From: Squalus acanthias
Taxonomy: Eukaryota
Assembly: GCA_030390025.1 (NCBI GenBank)
Contig: CM059431.1
Span: 113,524,001-113,588,000, forward strand
Direction of reading: 5' to 3'
Length of the DNA: 64,000 nt
In this document: piece by piece, positions 25,421-37,959 of the stretch
Position numbering within the stretch: the stretch's first letter is position 1
How the letters are laid out: each line of letters starts with the position of its first letter
Translations under genes and position numbers: made by a program
The notes under the pieces: generated by a model
What the model saw: only the letters and a program-made list of their open reading frames with translations
What the model was told of the DNA's origin: nothing
The model's database searches: none

Positions 25421-26135
25421 ATTTTGCAGATAAAGGCGGAAAGAAAAAAGAAATGTTTTTGAAAAGTTACTGATGTTGATTAGCCAGCTAAAACTCACTG
25501 CCCAGGCCCACACATGTAGAATGGCAACTTGAGTAATACACCTTCGGAACAATACTAGCATCTGCTGATACACCAGCACAAGTCACCTTCATTGTTAAAT
25601 TTGCAATGCTACCTAAATACAACAATTTACAGATACAGTAAATTGCCTAACGCTGCTCTCAAGATGAAACTGAAAGGCCGACCTTCTGAGAGCCAATAAG
25701 AAGTAAAAGCTGCTTTTCTGATCACCATCTCGCACTCCAGTCAGGATTTACATCTCAGGGGAACTGAGTGATTCAATGAGCTAGCACAATGTTATTTCAC
25801 CTCTATCACCTCGATTAAAAGCCACCACAAACTCTTGTGATAAAAGTCTCATCTCTTTGTTGGCAAAGTGAAATAAATTAGAAGCGTCTTCAATCTCATT
25901 CCTGGATGGAAAACATGTTTCACTTCTCAACAATGGAAATCACTCACCTTGTAAACAGTCACCAATCTCCACGTGTGCATTCCACACCACAGTCACTCAT
26001 GTACTAGTGTCAATCCCACCAAGTGGCTACCCATCTTCAGGTCATTATCATTCATTGCCCAGGCTCACACATGAGCAGTCACTTGAGGGACTATCAGAGG
26101 GCAGCTATACCGATGGAACCATCTCCAAACATATT

Positions 26136-26999
26136 GGGCTGGATTTTACTTATTGAGACAAGTTGGGGCGGGACTGCTGTCTTCCGGGTTCTAGTCCCCC
26201 CCCCAGTGACGTCTGATGAACAGACGCTATTTTGCCCTGATTGGCCTTGTTAAGCCCGCCCTGCGGGCTTGCCGGCCAATTAAAGGAAAGTCGGTTTCAG
26301 ATGACGTCAGTTGATGACGCTTCATCTGCCGGTTTTCTTAAAGGCATATGCACCACACTTGTTTGACAGATGATTTGACAGTGTTTGACAGTATTGAGGT
26401 GCTGTCGAACACTGACAATCACTGTACACAGGTGAGCCCTTTCACCCAGACTCTCCAATTACTCTCTCCTTAGGATAAACCAGATGGCAGCTGCAGCTGA
26501 GATTGCAGAAGCCATCTGTCACTTCTCCCGATGAGATGAGGCTACACAAACACTTCACAGCTTGTCATCTGCAGAAACATCTAACCACATTAAAAATTAC
26601 TTTCACAACATTTTATTACCTCTGATACTAACCATTGTCCCATTGTATCCTTCACACCACTTCTGCAGCTGTCATCCAAACACCAACATAACAACAGACC
26701 CACAGCACGCCTCACTTACCCTGGCGGGGTTCCCGACGTCGGGAAGCCCGCAGCAGCAGTTGAAAAATTGGGAAAAGTCTCTTAACTGCCTGTTAACTAC
26801 CTGTTAACAAGCAGTTAAGTGTCTACAATCCTCTTCCCGCCGCCAGGAGTCGGGTCCCTGCGCAAATCGGGGACCCGACTCCGGGAAGATTGGTTGGAGG
26901 CAGGTTGGGAGCGGGTTCGGTACCCGCTCCCGTTCTTTTTGACTTTCCCAGCAGTCCCGCCTCCAAACCCACCTCCTTAGGGTTGGTAAAATCCAGCCC
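26136..26999. mobile_element. Harbinger-type MITE
   Basis: Perfect 14-bp TIR gggctggattttac / gtaaaatccagccc with att TSD on both sides. Confidence 0.85.
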
Positions 27000-27551
27000 A
27001 TTGTCACCGCCTTCAGGAGAAGAAAGGTCAGAAGTGTATATTGGGGGGATAGGATACAAAGGCCTTGAATTTCCTTGTTAGCTTCAACACTTACAACGAC
27101 ATTACTCCGTTATTGCGCTAAAAAGACGAAGAAAACTCATTGAGTACATTACGCAGCTTATGCACTGTTAATGTGCCAGACGTGAGTTTCCACAATCTTT
27201 TTGACAGCTATAATGATCTAAATGCCCAAGTCCTGCACAGCTCATTCGCACAGCAGCGCCACTCATTTGGTGGCACTGCGCCCAGGAATTTCCTACTTTT
27301 ACACCACTACTGCACTCTGGATAAGTTACAGTCATATAAAACAGCTACTCCGGCAAGATTGAAAGCTCTGAAGAGTCCACAAACTTTGCTTGTGGATTTA
27401 CAGAAACTTTTTCCAACCCATTATTTGTGGGTTGTGCTTACTGAGACTTTCATTTTACTCTCACCACTCCAGACACGACTACAGTCTCAACCCACGCCAA
27501 TGTTTTTGATCTCCTAACACACCCTCCCCGAGACCTCCACATTCTCAGAAT

Positions 27552-29140
27552 GAAACATAGAAACATAGAAAAATAGGAGCAGGAGTAGGCCATTCGGCCC
27601 TTCGAGCCTGTTCCGTCATTCAATATGATCATGGCTGATCCTCTATCTCAATACCATATTCCCGCTCTCTCCCCATACCCCTTGATGCCTTTTGTGTCTA
27701 GAAATATATCTATCTCCTTCTTAAATATATTCAGTGACTTGGCCTCCACAGCCTTCTGTGGTAGAGAATTCCACAGGTTCACCACCCTCTGAGTGAAGAA
27801 ATGTCTTCTCATCTCAGTCCTAAATGTCCTACCCCGTATCCTGAGACTGTGACCCCTCGTTCTAGACCCCCCAGCCAGGGGAAACATCCTTCCTGCATCC
27901 AGTCTGTCTAGCCCTGTCAGAATTTTATACGTTTCAATGAGATCCCCTCTCATTCTTCTAAACTCTAGTGAATACAGACCTAGTCGACCCAATCTCTCCT
28001 CATACGATGGTCCTGCCATCCCAGGAATCAGTCTGGTGAACCTTCGCTGCACTCCCTCTATGGCAAGTATACCCTTTCTTAGGTAAGGAGACCAAAACTG
28101 CACACAGTGCTCCAGGTATGGTCTCACCAAGGCCCTGTATAACTGTAATAAGACATCCTTGCTCCTGTACTCAAATTCTCTTGCAATGAAGGCCAACATA
28201 CCATTTGCCTTCCTAACTGCTTGCTGCACCTGCATGTTTGCTTTCAGTGACTGGTGTACAAGGACACCCAGGTCCCTCTGTACATCAACATTTCCCAATC
28301 TATCACCATTTAAATAATACTCTGCCTTTCTGTTTTTCCTACTGAATTGGATAACTTCACATTTATCCACGTTATACTGCATCTGCCATGTATTTGCCCA
28401 CTTACTCAACTTGTCTAAATCACCTTGAAGCCACTTTGCATCCTCCTCACAACTCACAATCCCACCTAGTTTCGCGTTATCAGCAAACTTGGAAATATTA
28501 CAATTGGTTCCCTCATCCAAATCATTGATGTATATTGTGAATAGCTGGGGCCCAAGCACTGATCCCTGCGGTACCCCACTAGTCACCGCCTGCCACCCCA
28601 AAAAAGACCCATTTATTCCTACTCTCTGTTTCCTGTCTGTTAACCAATTTTCAATCCATGCCAGTATATTACCCCCAATCCCATGTGCTTTAATTTTGCA
28701 CACTAACCTCTTATGTGGGACTTTATTAAAGGCCTTCTGAAAATTCAAATACACCACATCCACTGGTTCTCCCTTATCTATTCTACCAGTTACATCCTCA
28801 AAAAACTCCAGTAGGTTTGTCAATCACGATTTCCCTTTCATAAATCCATGTTGACTTTGTCTAATCCCGTTGATATTTTCTAAGTGTCCTGTTATCACAT
28901 CCTTTATAATAGACTCTAGCATTTTCCCTACTACTGATGTTAGGCTAACCTGTCTGTAGTTCCCTGTTTTCTCTCCCCCTCCTTTTTTAAATAGTGGGGT
29001 TACATTTGCCACCCTCCAATCTGCAGGAACTGTTCCATAATCTGTAGAATTTTGGAAGATGACAACCAATGCATCCACCATTCCCATGGCTACTTCTTTT
29101 AGTACTCTGGGATGCAGATTATCAAGCCCTGGGGATTTGA
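27552..29140 (-). mobile_element. 5'-truncated CR1 LINE
   Basis: ORFs 28824-29216 and 27648-28823 with RT motifs; (catagaaa)n tail at ~27555. Confidence 0.95.
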
Positions 29141-29184
29141 CTCTGGAGAAAGTATGCCATTCCCCATGGGCATACCTTTCTATT

Positions 29185-29420
29185 GAGAGGTTGCACAACA
29201 CCAGGTTATAGTCCAACAGTTTTATTTTAAATCACAAGCTTTCGGAGTTACAACTCCTTCGTCGGGTGAAGTGAGGAGATACAGAATCGTCAAAGCATAT
29301 ATAGATAGAGAACAATGCATGTGTAACTTACAATTGCAGACAACTGAATTCAATCATCCTGACTGTTTATCTGCCGAGGTGTGATAAAGTTAATCAGGTC
29401 AGCCAGGAAGGTACCACATC
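29185..29420 (-). mobile_element. Penelope-type terminal unit with a core-mutated hammerhead (29232-29269)
   Basis: Homologous to 12438-12682; the core reads CCGACGA and helix II is GGAGU/ACUCC. Confidence 0.7.
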
Positions 29421-30518
29421 AAAGACATAGCAAGATACAACTGAGACAATGAGGTGGAGTCGCATGGGGTCTAACGTGTCAAAAGCTGCCGTCTGTATGT
29501 AAAACGATTAACATACCTTTCTATGCCAGCTTTATGGAAAAGGAGGAGGAACAGCACCACATGGAGGTGAAGATAATAAAGCAACATGGCAGAAGACTGC
29601 AGCCCAACAGGTACTACCTTCCAAGTGAGTCTATAGGCAGCTCTGGATTTGAAGGGTGCAATTGTCCAAGGCTGCCATTGAACATCTGTGCGACGTTCTT
29701 TGCAAAGATCTTCAGCCTGGCTCCACTGCCAGAACGGCTCTGTCTGTCACTATGAAAATGACAATAGCCCTGAATTTTTTGTCATTGTATCCTTTCAAGA
29801 TGCCACAGTGGATCTGTGCAACATCAGCTGGGGAGCATCAGGGTGGTGCCCAGGGTGGGTAAGGAAGATAGGGACAGAGTGCTTTGGACCTTACCTCGCC
29901 TGCCCTGGCCAAGATGTTGAACATTGCTGTGCAGTCCTCGTTGTGAGGGAGTTGGTCGTGGCTATCAGGGCTACCTTCTTACAGATTGACACTCTTGGAT
30001 GACTTGCTACTTGGCACACCCAGGCGTCTATCCCTCACATGTCTTCCACTTCTTCCTGGAGGACTTGCTGGTCTTCCTGTGAAAGATTCACAGCCCTTTG
30101 GCAAGGTGCTGCCCAGTCATAGTGCTCCGTGGACATAGATAGTCTGTGGCTGCTCATGTTCTGGAAACAGGCCCTTCAGATGAGGCTGGGAGATGCCTTG
30201 AGTGGATACAATGTAAAGGGGCCGAGGAAGGAATGTCTGCAGCCACCTCTTGCTGTTCCCATGCTCTAATAAAGACTGCAGTCTTTACAAAGGTTGCACA
30301 GAGGTTGCACAGCTGCTGCACTGAAGTTTCCTTGGGTCTAAGCTGATCACTGCGCAATTATGCAAGAACTTAAATCACTTTGTATGCAAATTAACTTACC
30401 AGGAAACTTGTATGCAATTTCCTCTGTTGGTGAACGGTGTAACTCTCCAATGCAACAATTGCGCAACAGACATCGAGGAAATTCAAGGCTAAAATGTTGG
30501 TAACATCTCGAACTTTTT

Positions 30519-31125
30519 GGGGTAGAAATTGGCACGCATTGCACCAGTTTTTTGGCCGTAAAACGGGTGCAAAGCATACCAATTTAGCAGTGGGATGGCC
30601 TGCTCCCAATCTGCACAAGCATTGGTCCCGCTGCTAAATTTGTGGGGCCCTTATTTTAGACACCTGTCTCATCCTATAGAACCAGGAGGACTCGTCCGAC
30701 TCCATGGGAGTTGCAATCAGCTCCCAGGATTGACTTGAGGGCTGCTGCTGGCCCGACACTGATGTCTTCGCTCAGATGAACTGCCTATGGAGGTACGAAT
30801 GGTATCGGCAGCTCGCACAGAGTATGCTGAAGAGGCCCGAGGACCAATTTCTATCGATCCTCGGGCCTCTTGGTTCAGGCGCGTTAGATGTGCAGCACCG
30901 AGCCTGGGCCCTAAAACAAGTCCAGACCATAATTTGCCCCATTGAGTTGTGCCACCTCATGGAAACCTAGCTGGATGGGCAAGCCACTGTGTCTCTTAAA
31001 ATGGCCACTGCTCTGAATTTTTATAGTTCAGGTTCCTATTAAGCTGTCACAGAGAATTTAACAAGAGTCAGACATCCTATTTGGAGATAGATCCACAGTG
31101 TCACCAAAGCTTTGTTAAGACAGGA
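30519..31125 (+). mobile_element. Harbinger left end plus decayed transposase N-terminus
   Basis: ggggtagaaattgg end; ELCHLMET*...VSLKMATALNFYSSGSY* at 30944-31045. Confidence 0.6.
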
Positions 31126-32038
31126 ATCTTGCTACAGTTCAAAAGTACAGCATTGGCTGTGAAGCACTTTGGGATGTCCTGAGGTTATGAAAGGTGATCT
31201 GCTCCTTCATTCCTTCCTTTCTTTCTTACGGTGTAAATCACAGTATTCTGCTTTACTTGCCATCATACTACAATGATCAACTCATACACTCAAAAATTGA
31301 CAAACATTTGGAATTAAATTATTCATTTTAAAAAGCAATTTGAATTATATTTCCCCAAACCCAAACCAACTCCAGCGTCCCAGGCAGAGCGCTTTGTAAA
31401 TTCTTCATTTCACCATGTATAGGGTGAGCATTCATTTCCCAATTCCACAATACATCTTTTCAGGACCTCTTTGACAGCAGGGTAACGATAGTTCTAATAT
31501 TTCAGAGTTCTATCAATAATGCCCTGGATACCTTCAGCCCTCCCCTGATTTGCACTCGGCCACAATTTCATTTTCTATTCTAAGCCCTGACGTGCATTGA
31601 CCAGCTTCAGACTGATATACGCTGTGGATGTCCTGCTCGCTGGGGAGCAAATCATCCTGAGACTGCCAAAAAACTGATTTCATTTTTGACTCATGAGAAC
31701 TGCTGTGGTGATGTCTTTAGTAACTCTGCTTTGAACAGGATTCAATCCACATTCAGCGCTGGGTTATTTTATGCTCTGGAAACCACCCAAATAAGATGAA
31801 TGAAAAACCCAGTCACAACTTGTCAATCACGAAAAACAGCAGTGAAAGAAGAAACTAGCAACAATCCAGACAGGTCTCAGTAATCTCTCATAAATGCTGC
31901 AGGAAGGAATACATAAGAACATACCTTCCAGGCCACAAGCCAGTTATCTATGGAATAAAAAGATTGCTTTGCAAACTTGTCTTGTGACACATCATTGCCC
32001 TTGTGAGAGTGTTATCAGAAATGTGAAAGGTGCCAAGT

Positions 32039-32797
32039 GGGCCAGAAATTCGGCTCCCTGGCTTCCTGCGGGTGCAAGGATCGCGCGCGCACCTACCTAC
32101 CGCACCTGCTGTTGACCCCTGGGCCCACGGGGGATTCCGGTCCTGGGCCTCCTCCAACTGCCGGTGCGCAGTGCTTGCGTATCCCAGGGGCGTAGTTAGT
32201 GTGATGCGTCCCTTGGGATCACGTGGGCCATGGAGAGCCAATGGCAGCAGATCATCTTTCATTCATAGATTTGACAGGACCTGTCAAATCTATGAATACA
32301 GATCGGCCCCAAAACATCACTAAAACTACAAATATTTTTTTTTTTTAAAATCACATTTTTAAAATAACTATAAATTACATTAATTAACTATTTTAAACAA
32401 AAATTTAAATTTTTGAAAAAATTAATTACACTTTTTAACGGGGCTAAAACTAAACTTACCTTTCTTTAAAGTAATTAAAAAAGATAAATCTGAAAAAAAT
32501 GTTTAAATTTTAATAAAATCACCACTTACCTTGTTAAAAGAAGGCCTTGCGCCTCTTTTTCAATGTGCATCTTCTCCGTGTTTACCCTCACGGAGGAACC
32601 TGTAAAAAACCCGAGGTGCGAGGCGAACGCGCTGGCCCTCCGGCGTGTGCGTTCGACCTCTGAACCCCTTCCTTCAGGGGAACGGAAGTGCCGGTTTCCC
32701 ACGCATGCGCAGTGCATGCAAGAAACCGGCACTTTCGTTCTGTCCACGGGTGAGTACATAGTGCGTACTCAACCGTGGCGAGCCTAATTTCTGCCCC
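32039..32797. mobile_element. Harbinger-type MITE, family B (copy 2)
   Basis: TIR gggccagaaattcgg / cctaatttctgcccc; palindrome at 32261-32297; colinear with the reverse complement of 41361-42125. Confidence 0.9.
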
Positions 32798-32815
32798 AAT
32801 ATCTGTAAAAAATAT

Positions 32816-33166
32816 GGGGGAAAAATTCAGTTGCTTTGCGCCTCCTTGTTAGCGCCCTAAGATCCCTGGTGGCCCAGCTGGGCGCCAGGTCGCGCTGCGC
32901 CAGGCCCCTCCCCTTTAATAAGGGGAGGAAGGCCTGCAGTACCGCAGCACAATGTGCCGCAGAGCGTGGCGCTGCAGCACGTAGCGCTGCGATATTGCCT
33001 CGCAGCGCCCCAAGAGGGAGGCGGGGCGCTTCCAGTAGCGTCCCTCCTCCCTCTCGGGGTGCTACCTGGGAAAATCGGCCGCAGGAGTGCTAATTTTTTC
33101 GGGGCACTAAAAGTAGCGCCCCGGTGAGGTTAGCGCCCCAAAGGGGGCACGACTCAATTTTTCCCC
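32816..33166. mobile_element. Family C MITE, internal-deletion derivative
   Basis: Ends gggggaaaaatt / aatttttccccc; matches both ends of 5752-6477 and lacks about 400 bp of the interior. Confidence 0.8.
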
Positions 33167-34412
33167 CATGGGAGATTGGCTACATCTGCATTCCCTTCAT
33201 GAGAATACCTAAAAGTCACTCTCAAGGCTTCAGCCAAGCTTGATCAAAATAGATAAAAGGTCACTGCAAAATCAATCTGGAGCAAAGCTTCAACTCCCTC
33301 AACATCTATGTTAGTTTAATCAAAATCGTAGCTCTTGCACTTACACGCTTATCAATATTTGCAACCCCCGATTATGCGCGGGGAGGGGGGGAGAGGTGGC
33401 AATGACTGATGAAATAGCCCCGTAGTCCTTTGTGCATATCTCTTCTGCGCATGTACTCAAACATTACGCACGTTTAGAAGAGATAATGGATTATGGAGAA
33501 ACTTATGGGCGATTTAAATGTCAGTGGATCACTGAGCTTTTGGGGAACAGGGCGAGCAGCCAAAAATCCAGACAATTGGCAACTATGTGCTAAGGACCTG
33601 GTGTGAAACTTGAATAGATAATCTTCTAACTCAAAGGCAAGAGTGCTATCAAATGTGCCAAGCTAACACTTCCAAAATACACTGTGAAGCCTATTGTGAC
33701 AAACATGAAGCATTACTGTCTACAATGTATCATGACAGTGGCTTCTTTTTTCCTGCCCCAATACATATGGGTCTGTCCTATATTCCTATGTCTTGTTAAA
33801 ATTGAGGTGTCTGTGTGAAGCCATCAGCAAAAAATGTAAATTAGCCAGATAGAGACATTGTGGATGGTCAGCAACATGTAAAGGTTAGTATTCAGAGGCA
33901 GTGGGCGAGAAATTGGGCTTGTTGGCGCCCGTTTTTTGGGGTGCTACGAGTGCCCTTAGAGCTTAAAAATGTCATCCACGGCGCGCGTGCACACTTGTGG
34001 GGCAAATCGCGCCTGATGCCATATTGATGCAGGCGTGAGTGCGCGCAGTAAACATCCACCGAAAGTATGCAGAGTAGGCAGATCATAACATCAATCAGCG
34101 TGCAACACTGATTTGACGCTAGCGGTGCCATTTTGGAACTCAACACTTCAGCCAATGCCCTCTCTTAACCTCGCACAGCTGAACATGCGTTCAGCAGCAG
34201 AAAGAATTCCCAACCAGCACTACTTAAAGGATCATCAACTACTTACACATTAGTTGCTGATTGATCTCTATTGGCTGTTGGTATAATTCTACAAGTGTTT
34301 GGTGCTTTCTAAAGTTGTTTCAAGTTGCAAATGTCTACAGGGAGTGGTGTGGCAGGTGCTGAAGGACTTTTTGCTGACTTCAAGGCTTCGCAGAAACCAG
34401 TTGCTCCCAGAC

Positions 34413-35470
34413 ATGTGTGCACGAGTAAAAATTCCCCGTGGAATACAGCATGACTTGGAGAATGAACAGGGGCCACGTAGAGCAGGACAAGCTGCTGGAA
34501 GAGGGAGGAGGAGGAGGGGGTGAAGGGCTCTCAGCAGGCGGCCATATCCACCCAGGGTGTTCAGGGTGCAATTCTCCTACCTGAGCCTCAGTGAGGAACA
34601 GTACATGCGACGTCTGCGCTTCAGTAAGGATGGCCTTACTGAAATCTGCCGCCTGCTGCAGCCACAAATGCAACCACAGAGCAGGGCAAGGACCACATTA
34701 CCAGTGGCTGTGAAGGTGACCTGTGAGGCTCTCTATTCAAAGAGAGCTGACTACAATTCATTCTCTCTTGCCAGAGACAAGCAGGCAGAGTGAGCACGTG
34801 GATTCGCTAGGATTGCAGGCTTCCCCATGGTGCAAGGTGCCACTGACTGCGCGCACATTGCTTTGCGGGTGCCTCATGTCAACTCTGGCCTATATCGGAA
34901 CCAAAAGGGATTCCACTCCCTCAACATCCATCTGGTGTGTGACCATAGGCAGCGAATCATGCGGATTAATGCCCGTATCCTGGCAGCAGTCATGATGCCT
35001 TCATTCGGCGGCAGTCCGCTGTGCCAGCTGCATTTGAGCCACCATGGCAAACCAAAGGGTGGCTACTGGGTGACAAGGGCTATCCGCTGATGACATGGCT
35101 GATGACTCCAGCGCACAACCCATGCAGATGTGCACAGCATGCAGCCAATGAAAACCATGCTGCCACACGAAATGTGATAAAGCAGACCATTGGCGTGCTG
35201 AAACAACGCTTTCGCTGCCTCGACTGCTCTGGAGGAGCCCTGTAGTACTCGGCAGAGCGGGTGTCAAGATTCATGGTGGTCTGCTGCACAATGTTGTCAT
35301 CATGAGAGTACAGCCCTTGCCACCAACTACACGGCGAGCAGCTGAGGAGCAGGATCATGAGGAGGTGGTGGAAGAAGGGGAAGAGGAGGAGGAGGAAGGG
35401 AAGAGGCAACCTAGACAGCCCCTTTCTGCCCGGGCTGTCCATACAGAACTCATCCAAGTGTGATACCAGT
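34413..35470 (+). pseudogene. Harbinger DDE transposase (HARBI1-like family), disrupted
   Basis: RRLRFSK...LPVAVKVT, VQGATDCAHIAL, NQKGFHSLNIHLVCD, WLLGDKGYPL and HAATRNVIKQTIGVLKQRFRCL, then an acidic tail; frameshifts, stops and an internal deletion near 34722. Confidence 0.92.
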
Positions 35471-35559
35471 AACTGCAAATCCCAATTCACCATCAGTCCC
35501 ACACCTTACCTTCCCTCTGTCACTGACCATCACAGCATCTGCTTGGCCACAATGCAAAA

Positions 35560-37581
35560 CTAAAAGCCACCACAAAATTGTAGCTCAGCATAGCTGGTGG
35601 AAGGCTGCTGACTTTCAGTGGAGGAGACTGCAGATGGCCTTGGAGGATGACCTCGAGCAGCTCCAGACCTAGAAGGCCCAGCTGCGGACTGCATAACCTC
35701 GGCATGGGCGGCAGCAGTCTGGGCTGCCTGGCTGACAGGCAACAGCAAGGGCACTGGTGGAGTGGTAGTGGTGGGAGCAGGAATGCTGCCATCCTGAGAG
35801 GGGACAGCAGGTTCGTGCTCCACGGAGCCACTGCCAATTCCCCGGGGCGGCGCCTCAACAATCCTAGTAATCGGTTAGAGGACAGATTGGCGGACTGCTG
35901 TGACACCCTGCAAGCCCCTTTGAACACTGTAATCCACAGCCATGATGGCAGCAGTCTGAGCTTGCATGGCAGCACTCAGACGTTGGGTGGCTGCTGTTTT
36001 TGCTGCAATGGAAATGACGACATCGGCCACCAGGTGCTGCATCATGGTTTTGTCCACGAGTGTGCGAAAGGAGCTGGCTGCCACTTCCATGCTGGGAAGG
36101 ATGGGCTCCAAGCTCTGCGCTAAGCCCTGTGCCAAGTTGGTGCTGGACTCCTCCATGCTCCTTGACATTGAACACAGGCTTTCTGGCAGGCCACCCGTTG
36201 CACCAAGCATTTTGTTGTGGACACCCTTCAGCCTTCTTCTGTAGTGCTCATAGGAGTCCTCTGTAGCAGAACCCATGTGAGACCTCACCCTCCGGCGAGC
36301 TGGCACCTGCGCTATCCTTGCCCCCTGCCAAGGCTGCAGGCCACTCGTGCCCGGTGTCTCACCATGTGCAGATCTCGCCTCTATGCTATCCTCTAAAATT
36401 ACGTGCAGTGTCACTGACGTAATAAAGACTCACTACGCACTTGAACATAAAGCAAGGCTTTAATCAACTTGTAACGAAACATGGAGGTCTAGTTAGCAGT
36501 CACTAGCTTCCTGTTTCCAGATTGTCTCTGCCCAAGGTGGGCCCATGCCTGAGTATTTATACTCCCTGGACGGCGCCCCAGCTGGCCACCCAGTAGTACT
36601 TCCTGAGTTGTTACTTGCGACTTATGACAGTCACTATCTGAGCTGGTGGCTGCGAGAGTGAAATTGAATAACGGTGTTTCTTCATCGTCACTGTCTTCTT
36701 GATCTTCCTCCACTGCCTGGCCAGGTTGCACTTCTTGGGTATCTGAAAGGAGAAAGGCACAAGGGTAAGATTGTGGTGAGGGGGGAGGGGGGAAGCAAGA
36801 GGTGCATGCTTACACCATCTGCAGCTTGTAAGTCAGAAGAGATTGTGGGATGAGGAGAAAGTGAGATGTGAGAAGGAGGATTAGGTATGAGGATACGTCA
36901 TCTTCAATTGATTCAGCCCCGCCGCTGGCCATGGGCTCAGCAATGGACGTTCCAATAATGGCCAGCAGCGTCTCCTCCATGGGGTTAAGGACATGCGGCT
37001 GCGCCTGTCCCCCTGCAGGTATCCCGCGCTGCCTCCGGTTGTGTGCCACCTTGTCCCACAAGAGAGAGGAAAGTGTGTCAGTGAATGTGGTGCAATCTGT
37101 TTGGGTGATGTGGCTGTCATGGTTAAATAGCTGGCAGTGTTTGCAAGCTGTGAGATGTGGGTGTGAGGCTTGCAGCAGTGCTAAGTGTGTGAGGGTGAGG
37201 TGAAGCACATGAATGTTAGGTATGAGTCCTGACTGATAGAGATTGTTGGTAGATGAATGATGGGGTGTGGTGAATTGAGGACATTCTGAGGCTAGTGGTG
37301 CAGTTGGTGGGATATGGCATTTGAAGATGCATTCATTGACATTGACCACTCGTGTGAGGTCATTGGACTTCTTGCGGCACTGTATCCCAAGTCCTCGGGG
37401 CTAGACTCCTGGCATTGACCGCCACGGCTATCTACTCCCACTGCCTTTTGAGCATGTGTCTCGAGGGCCTCCTGGTCCCCTGCAGACACAGAACATCTCT
37501 CCTCCTTTCTACCTCCTCTACCAAGGCCTCCAGTGCTGCGTCCGAAAACTTTGGAGCCTGCTCTCTCCCCTGTTGTGTCAT
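35560..37581 (-). pseudogene. Harbinger Myb/SANT-like DNA-binding protein gene, about 3 exons, disrupted
   Basis: ATG at 37581 begins APKFSDAALEALVEEVERRRDVL...KRQWE*IAVAVNARSLAPRTW/QCRKKSNDLTR. A second coding block is at ~37055-36895 (KVAHNRR...LNPMEETLL). A ctttcag acceptor at ~36745 leads into acidic and coiled-coil-like regions. Confidence 0.85.
36415..36629 (-). mobile_element. Solo LTR (215 bp)
   Basis: TG...CA ends with short imperfect terminal IR and 5-bp TSD gtcac (36410-36414, 36630-36634); TATAAA and downstream ATTAAA on the minus strand. Confidence 0.8.
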
Positions 37582-37959
37582 TCTTCTCTGTTTACCAGGT
37601 CACATTCATTTCCTGCCGACTCCCAACACCTGCTCCAGTCACAATGCACCTCCCCTTTAAGAGGTGCAGGCTAGCTTTAACTGGTGCAAGCAAGTTACAA
37701 TATTGGCCCCCCTGCTGATGTGTCCAGCCAATGAACAGCATGGTTAGCGATGGCTAGATGCAGAGATCATTCAAATGAGCAGGCAGCACGAAGTTGGTGG
37801 GCTGTATGCATTGCAATCAACGGGCGCAGGTTAATTGCGCTTCACGATCCCCACGCCCGTTTTGGGGGTCTATCCAATTTAGTCCCCCTTGTGTCCAGTC
37901 TAGTTCACAACTGTTCATTATTTTTCTATTTAATCTAAGGAAGATTAGCTAAGGCTGTA

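Larger units (their letters stand above)
27061..30490 (+). mobile_element. Old Harbinger element with transposase remnant, hosting a CR1 and a Penelope-type unit
   Basis: TIR ggccttgaatttcct / aggaaattcaaggct with aaa on both flanks; LCDVLCKDLQPGSTARTALSVTMKMTIALNF / SFQDATVDLCNIS at 29656-29830. Confidence 0.75.
33903..37887. mobile_element. Near full-length decayed PIF/Harbinger transposon with two convergent genes
   Basis: Ends gggcgagaaattgg / ccaatttagtcccc; transposase on the plus strand and Myb/SANT gene on the minus strand; TSD not preserved. Confidence 0.9.

Noticed and set aside
31380..31760. Faint minus-strand transposase-like words (EGIQGIIDRT)
   Set aside because: Too short and degenerate to support without a profile search.
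34413..37581. Domesticated HARBI1 / NAIF1 / MSANTD genes
   Set aside because: Stops, frameshifts, an LTR insertion, loss of the expected catalytic Glu (NVIKQ) and flanking TIRs indicate a dead transposon.
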